64,000 bases of DNA from Clostridia bacterium (GTDB lineage: Bacteria > Bacillota > Clostridia > Oscillospirales > CAG-272): the NCBI GenBank assembly GCA_017462605.1, contig JAFTQV010000071.1:15336-79335 (forward strand). The letters are read 5' to 3'. Of the stretch, positions 49,194-60,690 are shown in pieces. The notes under the pieces are model-generated. The model was not told the DNA's origin, did no database searches, and was given only the letters and a program-made list of their open reading frames with translations. Both the position numbers and the translations under genes were made by a program. Each line of letters starts with the position of its first letter. Position 1 is the stretch's first letter.

Positions 49194-50894
49194 ATGAAAA
49201 GCAGATTTAAAGGTATAGTTGTTCCGATACTTGCAACGATCGCGTTTATGGCTCTTTATTATTATCTCGCACTTCCCGCGCTTAATCTCAGAGCCGGCGG
49301 TATGTGGATATGGTTTATACTCGGAGCAGCGGTTTACGCTACGGTATATTTTTCGCTTAACGACCGTGACGTGCTTAAAAAGATCCCCGAATATTTCGGC
49401 GTTGACCTTAAGAAGATAGCGGATAGCGGAAAGAATAAAAAAGCAGCGAATGATTATTACGTTCCGAAAAAGCCCCTTCCTAAAAAGGCAAAGGTAATCC
49501 TTATCGTCGTAGCTTCTGTTCTTGCTCTTCTTATCATTGCGAGCGCAGTAACGTCGACGCGTCTTTTCCGCGCGGCAGATTATCAGAAGATGCTTACAGT
49601 GACCGAGTCGGATTTCTCAAAGGATATCGCTGAGCTTCCCATGGATCAGGTTCCCGTTGTTGACAGAGATACCGCTGAGCGCCTCGGAGCGCGTAAGATA
49701 GGCGAGGTCGTTGAGCTTGTTTCTCAGTTTGACGTTTCGACATACTATTCTCAGATTAATTACAACGGCAAGCCTTACCGTGTGTCTCCTCTTCAGTATG
49801 CGGGCTTCCTTAAGTGGCTCTCAAATTCAAGCGAAGGCATTCCTTACTACGTAACTATCGATATGGCTACTCAGAATACCGAGCTTGTGGAGCTTGAAGT
49901 CGGAATGAAGTATTCGCCGTCCGAGTATTTTTCAAGGGATCTCAACCGTCATATCCGTATGGCTTATCCAACGAAAATGTTTGAAAATCTTTCATTCGAA
50001 ATAAAGGATGACGGCACGCCCTTCTGGGTAATGTCTTACTATGATTACACCATCGGTCTTTTCGGCGGTAAGGATATCGCGGGCGTTATTCTCGTCGATG
50101 CTGTGACTGGTGAGATGACCGATTATCCCGTATCTGAAATACCTCAGTGGATAGATCTTGCATACTCTCCCGAGCTTATCGTTTCTCAGGCTGATAACTG
50201 GGGATCTCTTAAAAACGGATTTTTCAATTCCATATTCGTCCAGAAGAACGTTGTCGTTACCACCGAAGGCTATAATTACATCGCGGTTGATGATGACGTA
50301 TGGCTTTACACGGGTATTACCTCTGTTTCGGCAGATGAATCAAATATCGGCTTTATCCTCATAAATATGAGAACCAAAGAAGCTAAGACCTATATGATAA
50401 ACGGAGCGGAGGAGTATTCCGCAATGGAATCCGCAGAGGGTCAGATACAGGAAAAGGGCTACGTTGCTACCTTCCCGATCCTTCTTAATATTGCGGATAG
50501 GCCTACGTATTTTATCAGCCTTAAGGATAACGCGGGTCTCGTAAAGGCGTACGCCTTTGTATCGGTTGCAAATTATCAGACTGTCGGCGTTGCCGATAAT
50601 ATAGCAGATGCGGCAAACGAATACAGAAGAATGCTCGGTCTCGGCGCAGTCGATCCGGATGAAGACGATACCGATCTCACCGAATACAACGATCTTGCGG
50701 TCGATGAGGTTGCGGTAGCGATGGTAGACGGCAATTCGATCTACTATATAATCATAGACGGAAAGCTTTATACCGCCGATATCTCTCTTTCTGATATGCT
50801 TCCTTTCCTTAGGATGGATGATAGGATCAGCTTTGTCGCAAACGGAGACGGAAAAATAAAAGAAATCAAAAAAATCAACCGTGTAAGTAGGTAA
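49194..50894 (+). CDS. membrane-anchored protein of unknown function (566 aa)
   Basis: There are 2-3 N-terminal TM helices and a large extracytoplasmic domain. No motif was recognised. The gene ends 3 nt before the ligA start. Confidence 0.6.
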   Translation: MKSRFKGIVVPILATIAFMALYYYLALPALNLRAGGMWIWFILGAAVYATVYFSLNDRDVLKKIPEYFGVDLKKIADSGKNKKAANDYYVPKKPLPKKAKVILIVVASVLALLIIASAVTSTRLFRAADYQKMLTVTESDFSKDIAELPMDQVPVVDRDTAERLGARKIGEVVELVSQFDVSTYYSQINYNGKPYRVSPLQYAGFLKWLSNSSEGIPYYVTIDMATQNTELVELEVGMKYSPSEYFSRDLNRHIRMAYPTKMFENLSFEIKDDGTPFWVMSYYDYTIGLFGGKDIAGVILVDAVTGEMTDYPVSEIPQWIDLAYSPELIVSQADNWGSLKNGFFNSIFVQKNVVVTTEGYNYIAVDDDVWLYTGITSVSADESNIGFILINMRTKEAKTYMINGAEEYSAMESAEGQIQEKGYVATFPILLNIADRPTYFISLKDNAGLVKAYAFVSVANYQTVGVADNIADAANEYRRMLGLGAVDPDEDDTDLTEYNDLAVDEVAVAMVDGNSIYYIIIDGKLYTADISLSDMLPFLRMDDRISFVANGDGKIKEIKKINRVSR

Positions 50895-52907
<2,013 letters not shown>

Positions 52908-52932
52908 CTACAATTATTAGCAAAAAAGAAAA

Positions 52933-52995
52933 AAGACCGATATGTTATCATGTTTTCCAATAAGGACAACATTGATGTATCGGTCTTGTGTTTTT
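52933..52995 (+). terminator. probable intrinsic terminator after ligA
   Basis: 10-bp stem aagaccgata/tatcggtctt with a structured loop, followed by gtgttttta. Confidence 0.55.
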
Positions 52996-53015
52996 ATGTA
53001 TTTTTGCGCTGATAT

Positions 53016-53948
53016 TTATTTAAAGCATTTCATAAATTCTTTAATTATAAGATCTCTTTCTACCGCCTTGGCAACCGTATGAACGTTTGGCAGAGATTTA
53101 TAGTATGGGTTCATTCTTATTTTATTGTAGCCAATAATGTTGAGTGTGAGACCGCGCGCAGGTCCGTCTGTCACAACCGATATCGGAGCGCTTTGCATAG
53201 TACAGACGTCAGGATTGTAAGCATAATATACCGCGAGCGGATCGTGCAGGACTGCCGCGGCCTTATCGGTATACATTTTCCAAAGTCCGTAAAGACGTGT
53301 GATATATCCTCTTACGTCTTTTTTATTTTTGAATTTATCGATTGCGGCATCATCCTTGGTATCCAGTTCAAGCTTGTGAGTGACGTCTGCGCCGAGGGCG
53401 TGAATATCCTTGACGTTATCAAACATGACCTTTGCGGCGAGCGGATCGCACATAACGTTCCAATCAACGTACTGCGAGAAAAATGCGCCGCCCATAATGA
53501 TAAATCTGCCAATATTGCTTAATATCTCGGGATCTCTTTCGATCACCTTGGCAATGTTGGTAAATGGACCGAGGGCTATAACGGTAAGATCTCTTCCGTA
53601 TTTAATACAGCTCTCGATGATAAAGCTTACCGCATCATCGGGATCTGTTGATATTGGCGTGTATTTCTCGTCATAGAGATCCTCGGAGAATTGATAGAGC
53701 CGGTCGTATTCACGCGCCTTTTCTTCAAGAGGAGTGCCGTGCCCCGCGTAAACGGGGACGTTTTCGTATCCTTTCTCAAAGTCTGTGAGTATCTTTTTTG
53801 CCATGCGCGCTCTTTGCTCTGTATTTTTGAATACCGTTGTCACACCAATGATATCAAGATCAAGGTTCATTGCAAGCAGAAGCGCGAAAGCATCATCAAT
53901 GTCGTCACCTATATCCGTGTCAATAATTACCTTACGTCGTATATCCAT
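53016..53948 (-). CDS. nucleoside hydrolase (IU-NH family)
   Basis: N-terminal 'DTDIGDDIDDAFAL' aspartate cluster. Confidence 0.85.
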   Translation of the reverse strand: MDIRRKVIIDTDIGDDIDDAFALLLAMNLDLDIIGVTTVFKNTEQRARMAKKILTDFEKGYENVPVYAGHGTPLEEKAREYDRLYQFSEDLYDEKYTPISTDPDDAVSFIIESCIKYGRDLTVIALGPFTNIAKVIERDPEILSNIGRFIIMGGAFFSQYVDWNVMCDPLAAKVMFDNVKDIHALGADVTHKLELDTKDDAAIDKFKNKKDVRGYITRLYGLWKMYTDKAAAVLHDPLAVYYAYNPDVCTMQSAPISVVTDGPARGLTLNIIGYNKIRMNPYYKSLPNVHTVAKAVERDLIIKEFMKCFK

Positions 53949-54805
53949 TTCTTATCATCCTCAAAATCCGATCTTGAATAAAGATCTGTTTTTTCACCCG
54001 TGATCGGATGTGTAAAGCTTATTTCTCTTGCGTGAAGCTTATAGCTTTCGCCGTCGATTCTTTCGCCGTAAAGAAAATCGGCGTAGAGCGGATGACCTAT
54101 GTACGCCATATGTACCCGTATCTGATGAGTTCTTCCCGTATGAAGAGTTACCTCGCAAAGCGATCTTTCTTTGCCGTCTGTTGCAATAACGGTGTATTCG
54201 GTAAGCGCGCGCTTTCCGTCGGGGCGAACGCATCGCTTCATATTTCCTTCGCAAACTCTTTCTATCGGAGCATCGATAACGCCGCTTTTTTCTTTAGGTA
54301 TTCCCGAAATAACCGCATAATATTTTTTTGAATATCCGAATGACTTCATCTGACTTGAAAGCTTGTCTGCCGTGAAGGCGTCCTTTGCGACTATGACGAT
54401 ACCGCTCGTATCTCTGTCAAGCCTGTTTATCGCTCTGAAAACAAAGCTGCCGTCAAAATATGCCATAAGACCCTCTGCGAGGGTAGGAAGACTGTTACCC
54501 TTTGATGGATGAGTCGGCATATCGCGAGGCTTATTTACCGCAATGATATATTCATCCTCATAAACTATATCTAAGGGCATCTCGATCGGCCGTATTCCGT
54601 CGCTTTTTTCTTCGGGCAGCCTGACCAGTATTCTATCGCCTTCTCGAACGGTCGCTCGCATATGAACGTTTTCTTCATTGATAAATACGCCGCCGTATTT
54701 TACCTTCTTGAGAAGGGTCACTGAAATACCCATTTCACGGCGCAAATATTCGGTTATTCTCATGCCGTCACATCTTGCCGCGGCTACCGCTCTCATTTCG
54801 TTCAT
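53927..54805 (-). CDS. RluA-family pseudouridine synthase
   Basis: An S4-like N-terminus, the catalytic 'NRLDRDTSGIV' and 'GRTHQIRVH'. Confidence 0.9.
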   Translation of the reverse strand: MNEMRAVAAARCDGMRITEYLRREMGISVTLLKKVKYGGVFINEENVHMRATVREGDRILVRLPEEKSDGIRPIEMPLDIVYEDEYIIAVNKPRDMPTHPSKGNSLPTLAEGLMAYFDGSFVFRAINRLDRDTSGIVIVAKDAFTADKLSSQMKSFGYSKKYYAVISGIPKEKSGVIDAPIERVCEGNMKRCVRPDGKRALTEYTVIATDGKERSLCEVTLHTGRTHQIRVHMAYIGHPLYADFLYGERIDGESYKLHAREISFTHPITGEKTDLYSRSDFEDDKKWIYDVR

Positions 54806-54892
54806 TTCGGTCTCCGAATAGTATTTTATACTATTTTATCACAAGAACATCGTTTGGTCAAGAGATAATAATATAGATTTAAATAAAAAGCT

Positions 54893-54940
54893 TTAATAAA
54901 AGCCGAGATACTGCAAAAACAATACCTCGGCGGTTTTATT
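54893..54940 (-). terminator. intrinsic terminator after the MFS/lipoprotein operon
   Basis: On the minus strand, gccgaggta..tatctcggc followed by ttttatt. Confidence 0.6.
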
Positions 54941-54988
54941 AAGTTTTTCAGCGTGAAGCTATAGCTTTCAGCTTCACTTGCTTCCTTA

Positions 54989-55978
54989 TTATTGATAAGT
55001 GGTATAAGGAAGAAGAGCGGTGCTACCCTTGACGTAGTCCTCGTTTACACCCTCAAAAGCATCCTTGCCCTTGATAAGGTTGCGAAGAAGAGCGGCAGAT
55101 GTAAGAGCGATAGCATCGTCGTCAACGAGAGTTGCGCCTGCAATAAAGCCATTGTCAATAGCGCTCATAACGGTGTATGCCTCAAGCATAGCCTCGTCCT
55201 GATGACCGTCGTCGATAATAAAGCTTGCATTTTCTCTGATACCCTTGGTGAAGATAAGAACAAGATGAGTCTTAAGCTTATCCTTGTTGTATCCTACCTC
55301 GCGAAGCTCTTTGAGGAAGCCAAGAGCAGATGCGTTATCGTTGGTAATGATAAGCTCAACTGCGCCCTTGTCATCCGCAATAGTGGTGTTGAGGTTAAGC
55401 TCAAGACCTGCCTTGCCTGCATCCTTGAGAGCCTTGTCAACGAGAGCTGCGATACCAACCGATGCAAGATCGGTAACGTAAGAGATCTTACCGTTGCCGT
55501 CTCTGTCCGCGGACTCATAATTTTCGAGAAGGTAATCACTGATGAGCTTAGACTGAACGTTAGCGTAAGAGTTCTCATCAAGAGAAACGGAATAAGCTGA
55601 ATCGTAAGTAGAGAGAACAGCATCGCTGACGTTAGAGCAAAGGAAAACGATAGGAACGTTCTTAGCCTTCGCAAGAGCGATAAACTCAGGTGCGCTGATA
55701 TCTGAAACGAGATTTACGAGAAGAGAAACTGCGCCTGCATCAAGAGCAGCCTTAGCCTGATCAAGCTGAGTTGCGTGAGTGCCCTCTGCATCGTAGTGAG
55801 TATACTTGATGTTCTCAATATAGAATGCTCTGTCAAGAGCGTCGCGGACCTCGGCAAGCTCCTTATCGGAGAAGTTGCTCCAAAGAACGCTGACCTCGCC
55901 GTCCTTATTGATAGCGCCGCAGGAAACGATGCTGAAAAGGGAAACGAGAACAATTAATAAAGCAATAATTTTCTTCAT
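54989..55978 (-). CDS. periplasmic-binding-protein type I (sugar-binding, MglB/RbsB-like) lipoprotein
   Basis: Lipobox IVS|C. The PBP-I fold cue is 'DRDGNGKISYV', comparable to the MglB Ca-loop region. The start was set at ATG 55978 behind AGGAGG. Confidence 0.7.
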   Translation of the reverse strand: MKKIIALLIVLVSLFSIVSCGAINKDGEVSVLWSNFSDKELAEVRDALDRAFYIENIKYTHYDAEGTHATQLDQAKAALDAGAVSLLVNLVSDISAPEFIALAKAKNVPIVFLCSNVSDAVLSTYDSAYSVSLDENSYANVQSKLISDYLLENYESADRDGNGKISYVTDLASVGIAALVDKALKDAGKAGLELNLNTTIADDKGAVELIITNDNASALGFLKELREVGYNKDKLKTHLVLIFTKGIRENASFIIDDGHQDEAMLEAYTVMSAIDNGFIAGATLVDDDAIALTSAALLRNLIKGKDAFEGVNEDYVKGSTALLPYTTYQ

Positions 55979-55994
55979 TTTTATTACCTCCTGA

Positions 55995-57440
55995 TTACTC
56001 TGCGTCGGTGGCGGGCTTAGCGCTTGCATTAGCAGCAGCCTTTGCTTCGAGCGCGGTATTCATCTCTTCAAGAGTCTTCTTATCAAGGTTGTAGATAAGA
56101 GCAAGACCAACGAACTGCATTACCGCAGAGAAGAGGTAAAGACCTGCAACGAGGTAACGAAGATTAAGAGCAACGGTGAAGAGCTGGTTGCCCGCGTGAG
56201 CCTCGGAATATCCAAGACCAACCATGAGAAGAAGAGCAAGAGAAGGACCAACGCCCTGCGCAAGCTTTCTGAAGAAGGAGTGGAGCGAGTAAACGGTACC
56301 CTCTTCGCGAGAGCCGGATTTCCACTCGTTGTAGTCGATAGCGTCACCCATCATAGACCAGCTGACGGTAGAGTAGATACCCATACCAAGGCTGTTGATA
56401 AGCTGGCAAACTACGTAAATTGCGATACCCTTTCCGTCGGGAGTGATACGAATGATAAGCATCAGAGCGCAAGCTACCATACTGCATATAGCGCCGACAA
56501 CGGAAAGCTCCTTCTTACCGTACTTGGTAACCATCTTTCTTGCAAAGGGGGTGAACGCAACGATCGGGATCATAGCGAAGAGCTGAACGATACCGGAGAT
56601 CTGAACGTTCTTGAAATAGGACTGGAAGAGAACCGTAACAGCAGCAGTTCCGCCCTGCATACCAATGAACATACCCATTGCGGCAACCGTAGCTCCGATA
56701 GCGGGGCGGTTCTTCGCAAAGTTCTTGATAGCTGCAAGAATATTGATCTTTTCCTTGGGCTCGTTGCACTTAACGTCGTCCTCTTCACGTACCACGGTAG
56801 TCTTGATCATAAACTGGAAGGAAATAAATCCGAGAATACCCATTATGAGCGCTGCAAGGAATACCTTGCTACCGATAATGTTGTTATTCTCATCGTAAAT
56901 GATCATAGGAAGAATAACCATGGGAACCATATTTCCGATCATAGAACCGATAGAGCGCCAAGCCGAAAGGGAAGCGCGGTCTGCGGGATCCTTGGAAATA
57001 AGAGAGAGGAGCGATCCGTAAGGTACGTTCGCAACCGTGTAAAATGCATCCCAGATAACGTAACCTGCGATAAAGATAATTATCTTAGCCCACTTGGGAG
57101 CGGTAGGGATGGGCAGGAAGCAAAGCGCTCCTGCTACGAGCAGTCCTATAGAGCCTGCCCAGATGTATGCAAGGAATTTATTCTTCTTGTACTGGTGCTT
57201 GTCCGCATCGATAATAGAACCGATAAGGGGATCGTTGATAGCGTCCCAAACCTGAACGATTATCAGAAGAAGCGCATACAGCGAGGACTCCATTTTCATA
57301 AACTGAGTCCAGAAAATGACGAGCGTGCTCTTAAGCGCAAAGCTCATGTTGCAACCGAAGTCGCCCGCAGCGTAGGAAACGCTGTCCAACATGCCGAATT
57401 TACGCTTGCCGTTTTCGTCGAGAAGCTTTTCTTTTGACAT
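55995..57440 (-). CDS. MFS transporter, glycoside-pentoside-hexuronide (GPH):cation symporter family
   Basis: Twelve TM helices. The N-terminus 'SYAAGDFGCN....STLVIFWT' and 'DAINDPLIGSIID' are typical of GPH. The start was set at ATG 57440 (MSKEKL) behind GGAGG. Confidence 0.85.
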   Translation of the reverse strand: MSKEKLLDENGKRKFGMLDSVSYAAGDFGCNMSFALKSTLVIFWTQFMKMESSLYALLLIIVQVWDAINDPLIGSIIDADKHQYKKNKFLAYIWAGSIGLLVAGALCFLPIPTAPKWAKIIIFIAGYVIWDAFYTVANVPYGSLLSLISKDPADRASLSAWRSIGSMIGNMVPMVILPMIIYDENNNIIGSKVFLAALIMGILGFISFQFMIKTTVVREEDDVKCNEPKEKINILAAIKNFAKNRPAIGATVAAMGMFIGMQGGTAAVTVLFQSYFKNVQISGIVQLFAMIPIVAFTPFARKMVTKYGKKELSVVGAICSMVACALMLIIRITPDGKGIAIYVVCQLINSLGMGIYSTVSWSMMGDAIDYNEWKSGSREEGTVYSLHSFFRKLAQGVGPSLALLLMVGLGYSEAHAGNQLFTVALNLRYLVAGLYLFSAVMQFVGLALIYNLDKKTLEEMNTALEAKAAANASAKPATDAE

Positions 57441-57644
57441 TTTAGTATCCTCCGTATTTATTGTTAACTCCATTATATATAATAAAATTAAAAAAGTATA
57501 GGGGCAAAATCGCAAAGCTGTGACATCACCCAATAAATTTGGCATTAAAAAATTAGCCAAATTAAACAAAAAATAACAAATTTTAAAAAATATTAAAATT
57601 AGAACGTATTTTTTTAGGGTTTTTTACAAAATTTCGTCTATGAA

Positions 57645-57673
57645 TTGACTATCCTAAGTCGATTTGCTATAAT
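57645..57673 (+). promoter_or_regulatory. sigma-A promoter of the TetR gene
   Basis: TTGACT, 17 nt, TATAAT. Confidence 0.75.
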
Positions 57674-57707
57674 AATCATATAATTTAGAAGTCGGAGATA
57701 AAGTTGT

Positions 57708-58280
57708 ATGTATAAGCTTTGTAAAACCGAGCAGTCATCCCGTCGCCAGCGCGAGCTTGAGCTTGCGCTTTTGGATATGATGAAAAAAGAGCCTTATCAG
57801 GATATAACCGTAAGCTCACTTTGCGAAATAAAGGGAGTTCCGAGAAAGGCGTTTTACCGTTATTTTGATCATAAGGACGATGCGCTTGATGCTCTTATAG
57901 ATCATACTCTTATGGAGACTGAGTTTTTTGGCTCACCCGTAAAGGGAAGAACGTTGCTGGGAGAGTTTGATAAAATATACGTGTTTTGGAAGAGAAATGC
58001 TTCGCTTCTTGACGTTCTTGCAAAAAACGGAATGTCCTCAAAGCTTGTTGAGAGATGCGTTTTATACAGTATATCAAGCGCGATACCGCTCGATAAATAT
58101 CTTTCGAGCGAGCCAAAGCAGATGCAGGAGCATATAGTAAAATTTGCGATATCGGGACTTATGTATTCGGTCATTAATTGGCATAAGAGCGGTTTTCGCG
58201 AAACGCCGAGGGAAATGGCAAATATTGCAGTCCGTCTCTTTAATTTGCCGCTTTTTCCGGGCGCTGAGACGAAAATGTGA
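57708..58280 (+). CDS. TetR/AcrR-family transcriptional regulator
   Basis: N-terminal HTH 'ITVSSLCEIKGVPRKAFYRYFDHKDD'. Confidence 0.85.
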   Translation: MYKLCKTEQSSRRQRELELALLDMMKKEPYQDITVSSLCEIKGVPRKAFYRYFDHKDDALDALIDHTLMETEFFGSPVKGRTLLGEFDKIYVFWKRNASLLDVLAKNGMSSKLVERCVLYSISSAIPLDKYLSSEPKQMQEHIVKFAISGLMYSVINWHKSGFRETPREMANIAVRLFNLPLFPGAETKM

Positions 58281-58317
58281 GAAATATTAAAAATATGTCT
58301 GTTTTTTTGATAAAATG

Positions 58318-58346
58318 TTGCAAAATCGTTTTTCTTGTGCTATAAT
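58318..58346 (+). promoter_or_regulatory. sigma-A promoter of the NCS2 permease gene
   Basis: TTGCAA, 17 nt, TATAAT. The leader is ~23 nt. Confidence 0.75.
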
Positions 58347-58375
58347 GTGGATATCTTAATTAAGGAGGTTCAGTT

Positions 58376-59887
58376 ATGAACAAGTTTTCCAAGCTTCTCG
58401 GATACGATCCCGTCGAGAAGCAGACAAGTGTCAAAACTGAGATCGTTGCAGGTATAGTTACCTTCCTTGCGATGGCTTATATTTTGACGGTTAACCCCGC
58501 TCAGATCCTGGTCGGCATGGAAAATGCCGAGGCTTATTGGCCTTCGGTATTTATTGCAACCGCTCTCGGCGCTGTAATTGGCACTCTTCTCATGGCATTC
58601 TTCGCGAAAATGCCTCTCGCTCAGGCTTCCGGTATGGGACTCAACTCCCTGCTTGGCGGTCTTATCGCACTTTGGGCAGCAGGAACGTACGGTGTTCGCT
58701 TTACCATCGGTCAGGCGTTCGCAATGGTCCTCATTTCGGGTGTGATATTCCTTGCACTTTCCGTTATAAAGATCAAGGGCAAGACCTTCCGTGAGCTTGT
58801 ATTTGACGGTATGCCCGTTGCTGTAAGAAGTGCGATCTCCGTCGGTATCGGTCTTTTCATTGCTTACATAGGATTCCAGAATGCAGGCATAATCGTTACC
58901 AATGATTATACTCAGGTTGGTTTTGTTGATCTTACTAACTGGGGCGAGCAGATTGTTAACAATGGAAATCCACCCGCATTTGCAGCAAAGTCTGCGATCG
59001 TTGCATTGATAGGTCTCTTCCTTATCGCTATTCTTGATAAGCTTAACGTTAAGGGTTCTGTTATACTCGGTATCGTTGGCGCAACAATCGTTGGTATTCC
59101 TTTCGGAATTACCGATCTTTCGGTTCTCGCAGGCAACGGTTCTGTTTCCTGGAAGTTCTGGGAGAACTTCGCTAACTTCTTCGCAGGAGAGAACACAGTA
59201 TTCTGCTCCTTCACAGATGTTTTCAAAACAGGATTCCCCGCAGGCTCAATATTCACCGTTATCATGGTTATAATCACTATGTGTATGATCGATATGTTCG
59301 ACACCATGGGAACTATCGTTGGATGCTGCGGCGGTAATAGAATTCTCTCCGATGAGAATAATAAGCCTCATAACTACGGACAGATCATGATGTCTGATGC
59401 TATCGCAACCTGCACAGGTGCCGTTCTTGGTACATCTACCGTTACCACCTTCGTTGAGTCTGGCGCAGGCGTTTCCGCAGGCGGAAGAACCGGTCTTACC
59501 TCGTTCACAACTGCTTGCATGTTCTTCCTTGCAATGTTTGCTATGCCTCTCTTTGCGGTTATTCCCGGCGCTGCAACCGCATCCGCTCTTATTTACGTTG
59601 GCGTTCTTATGATGAAGAACAACGTAAAGAACATTGATTTCGGCAATGCGATCAATGCAACCAGCGCATTCCTTACCATAGTAGTAATGGTTCTTTCTTA
59701 CTCTATCACCAAGGGTATCGGCGTAGGACTTCTTTCTTACACCATCATGTCCGTTCTTTCTTACGTAGTAGAGCTTATCATCTCTCTTGTCAAGAAGACC
59801 GAGAAGCCGGAGTGGAATGTTTCTGTAGTTGCGATAGTTGTATCGCTCCTCTTCACGGTATACTTCTTCGTTCCCACCGTGCTTTAA
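58376..59887 (+). CDS. NCS2-family purine permease (AzgA/PbuG-like adenine/guanine/hypoxanthine transporter)
   Basis: 'T.V.TEI.AG..TFL.MAYI..VNP' at the N-terminus and 'T...ESG.GV..GGRTGLT' later in the protein. Confidence 0.85.
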   Translation: MNKFSKLLGYDPVEKQTSVKTEIVAGIVTFLAMAYILTVNPAQILVGMENAEAYWPSVFIATALGAVIGTLLMAFFAKMPLAQASGMGLNSLLGGLIALWAAGTYGVRFTIGQAFAMVLISGVIFLALSVIKIKGKTFRELVFDGMPVAVRSAISVGIGLFIAYIGFQNAGIIVTNDYTQVGFVDLTNWGEQIVNNGNPPAFAAKSAIVALIGLFLIAILDKLNVKGSVILGIVGATIVGIPFGITDLSVLAGNGSVSWKFWENFANFFAGENTVFCSFTDVFKTGFPAGSIFTVIMVIITMCMIDMFDTMGTIVGCCGGNRILSDENNKPHNYGQIMMSDAIATCTGAVLGTSTVTTFVESGAGVSAGGRTGLTSFTTACMFFLAMFAMPLFAVIPGAATASALIYVGVLMMKNNVKNIDFGNAINATSAFLTIVVMVLSYSITKGIGVGLLSYTIMSVLSYVVELIISLVKKTEKPEWNVSVVAIVVSLLFTVYFFVPTVL

Positions 59888-59898
59888 TTTGTAATAAA

Positions 59899-59939
59899 CG
59901 AGGCTGCCTCAAATTTGCATTTGAGACAGCCTCGTTTTT
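59899..59939 (+). terminator. intrinsic terminator
   Basis: 16-bp stem (one mismatch) cgaggctgcctcaaat/atttgagacagcctcg followed by ttttta. Confidence 0.85.
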
Positions 59940-59962
59940 ATGCTGAATTTAAAATTGAAAGC

Positions 59963-60568
59963 TTATTTTTCTATTACCTTCTTGCACCAAGTGCGTTTGT
60001 TGCATTTTGGGCACTTTAAGTATCGAGTCGTTCCCATATGCATAGCATTAAGCGCCTGCTTATAGGTAGGTACGATCTCGTGACCGCAATTTTTACATTT
60101 GTAAGCGCCAACACTGACTTCAAGCTTTAGCGCATAGAAGCACGGTATTAAAAATACAACGCAAATACCAAGAATTGCAACAAGCTGCCACACTCCTTCG
60201 GGTATAATGAATGCAGCGATAAGGATACCTGCAAGCAGCGCCGTTATACTTACGATCATAATTGCCCACATAGAAGCCCAAATAGTTTTATTCTTAGTCT
60301 CTATTTCCTTCGCCATATCAAGCAAAAGCTTTTCATTGTTTTGATTGTTTTCCATACTGATTTTCTCCCCACTTAATAATTCATTTACACTGATACCGAG
60401 AATATCACAGAGCTCAAGCATTATCGAAGTATCAGGCATTGAGATGCCTCGTTCCCACTTGGATATTGCTTTATCGGTGATACCGAGCTTTTCGGAAAGC
60501 TGAGCTTGCGTTAAGCTCTTCTGCTTTCTGCAATTTGCAATAAATTTGCCTATTTTCAATTGATCCAT
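59963..60568 (-). CDS. XRE-family HTH regulator fused to TM helices and a C-terminal zinc ribbon
   Basis: 'LTQAQLSEKLGITDKAISKWERG', two TM segments, and 'CKNCGH...CPKCNK'. The start was set at ATG 60568 behind AGGAGG. Confidence 0.8.
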   Translation of the reverse strand: MDQLKIGKFIANCRKQKSLTQAQLSEKLGITDKAISKWERGISMPDTSIMLELCDILGISVNELLSGEKISMENNQNNEKLLLDMAKEIETKNKTIWASMWAIMIVSITALLAGILIAAFIIPEGVWQLVAILGICVVFLIPCFYALKLEVSVGAYKCKNCGHEIVPTYKQALNAMHMGTTRYLKCPKCNKRTWCKKVIEK

Positions 60569-60618
60569 AGGTTCCTCCTTTCGCATACAGTATAACCGCA
60601 TTTTGAAAAAAAGTACAC

Positions 60619-60657
60619 CTACCGTTGGTTTAGTGAGGAGAAATAAACCGTTGGTAG
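60619..60657. promoter_or_regulatory. pair of 13-nt boxes (TACCGTTGGTTTA / TAAACCGTTGGTA), candidate operator upstream of the XRE gene
   Basis: The 9-nt core ACCGTTGGT occurs at 60621-60629 and 60647-60655. The flanks are inverted relative to each other. Confidence 0.4.
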
Positions 60658-60690
60658 AGCGTTTTTAACAGTAAAAAATTATTTAATAAA

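Noticed and set aside
58281-58375. Purine riboswitch upstream of the NCS2 purine permease
   Set aside because: The promoter -10 at 58341-58346 leaves a ~23-nt leader containing only the RBS, which has no room for an aptamer.
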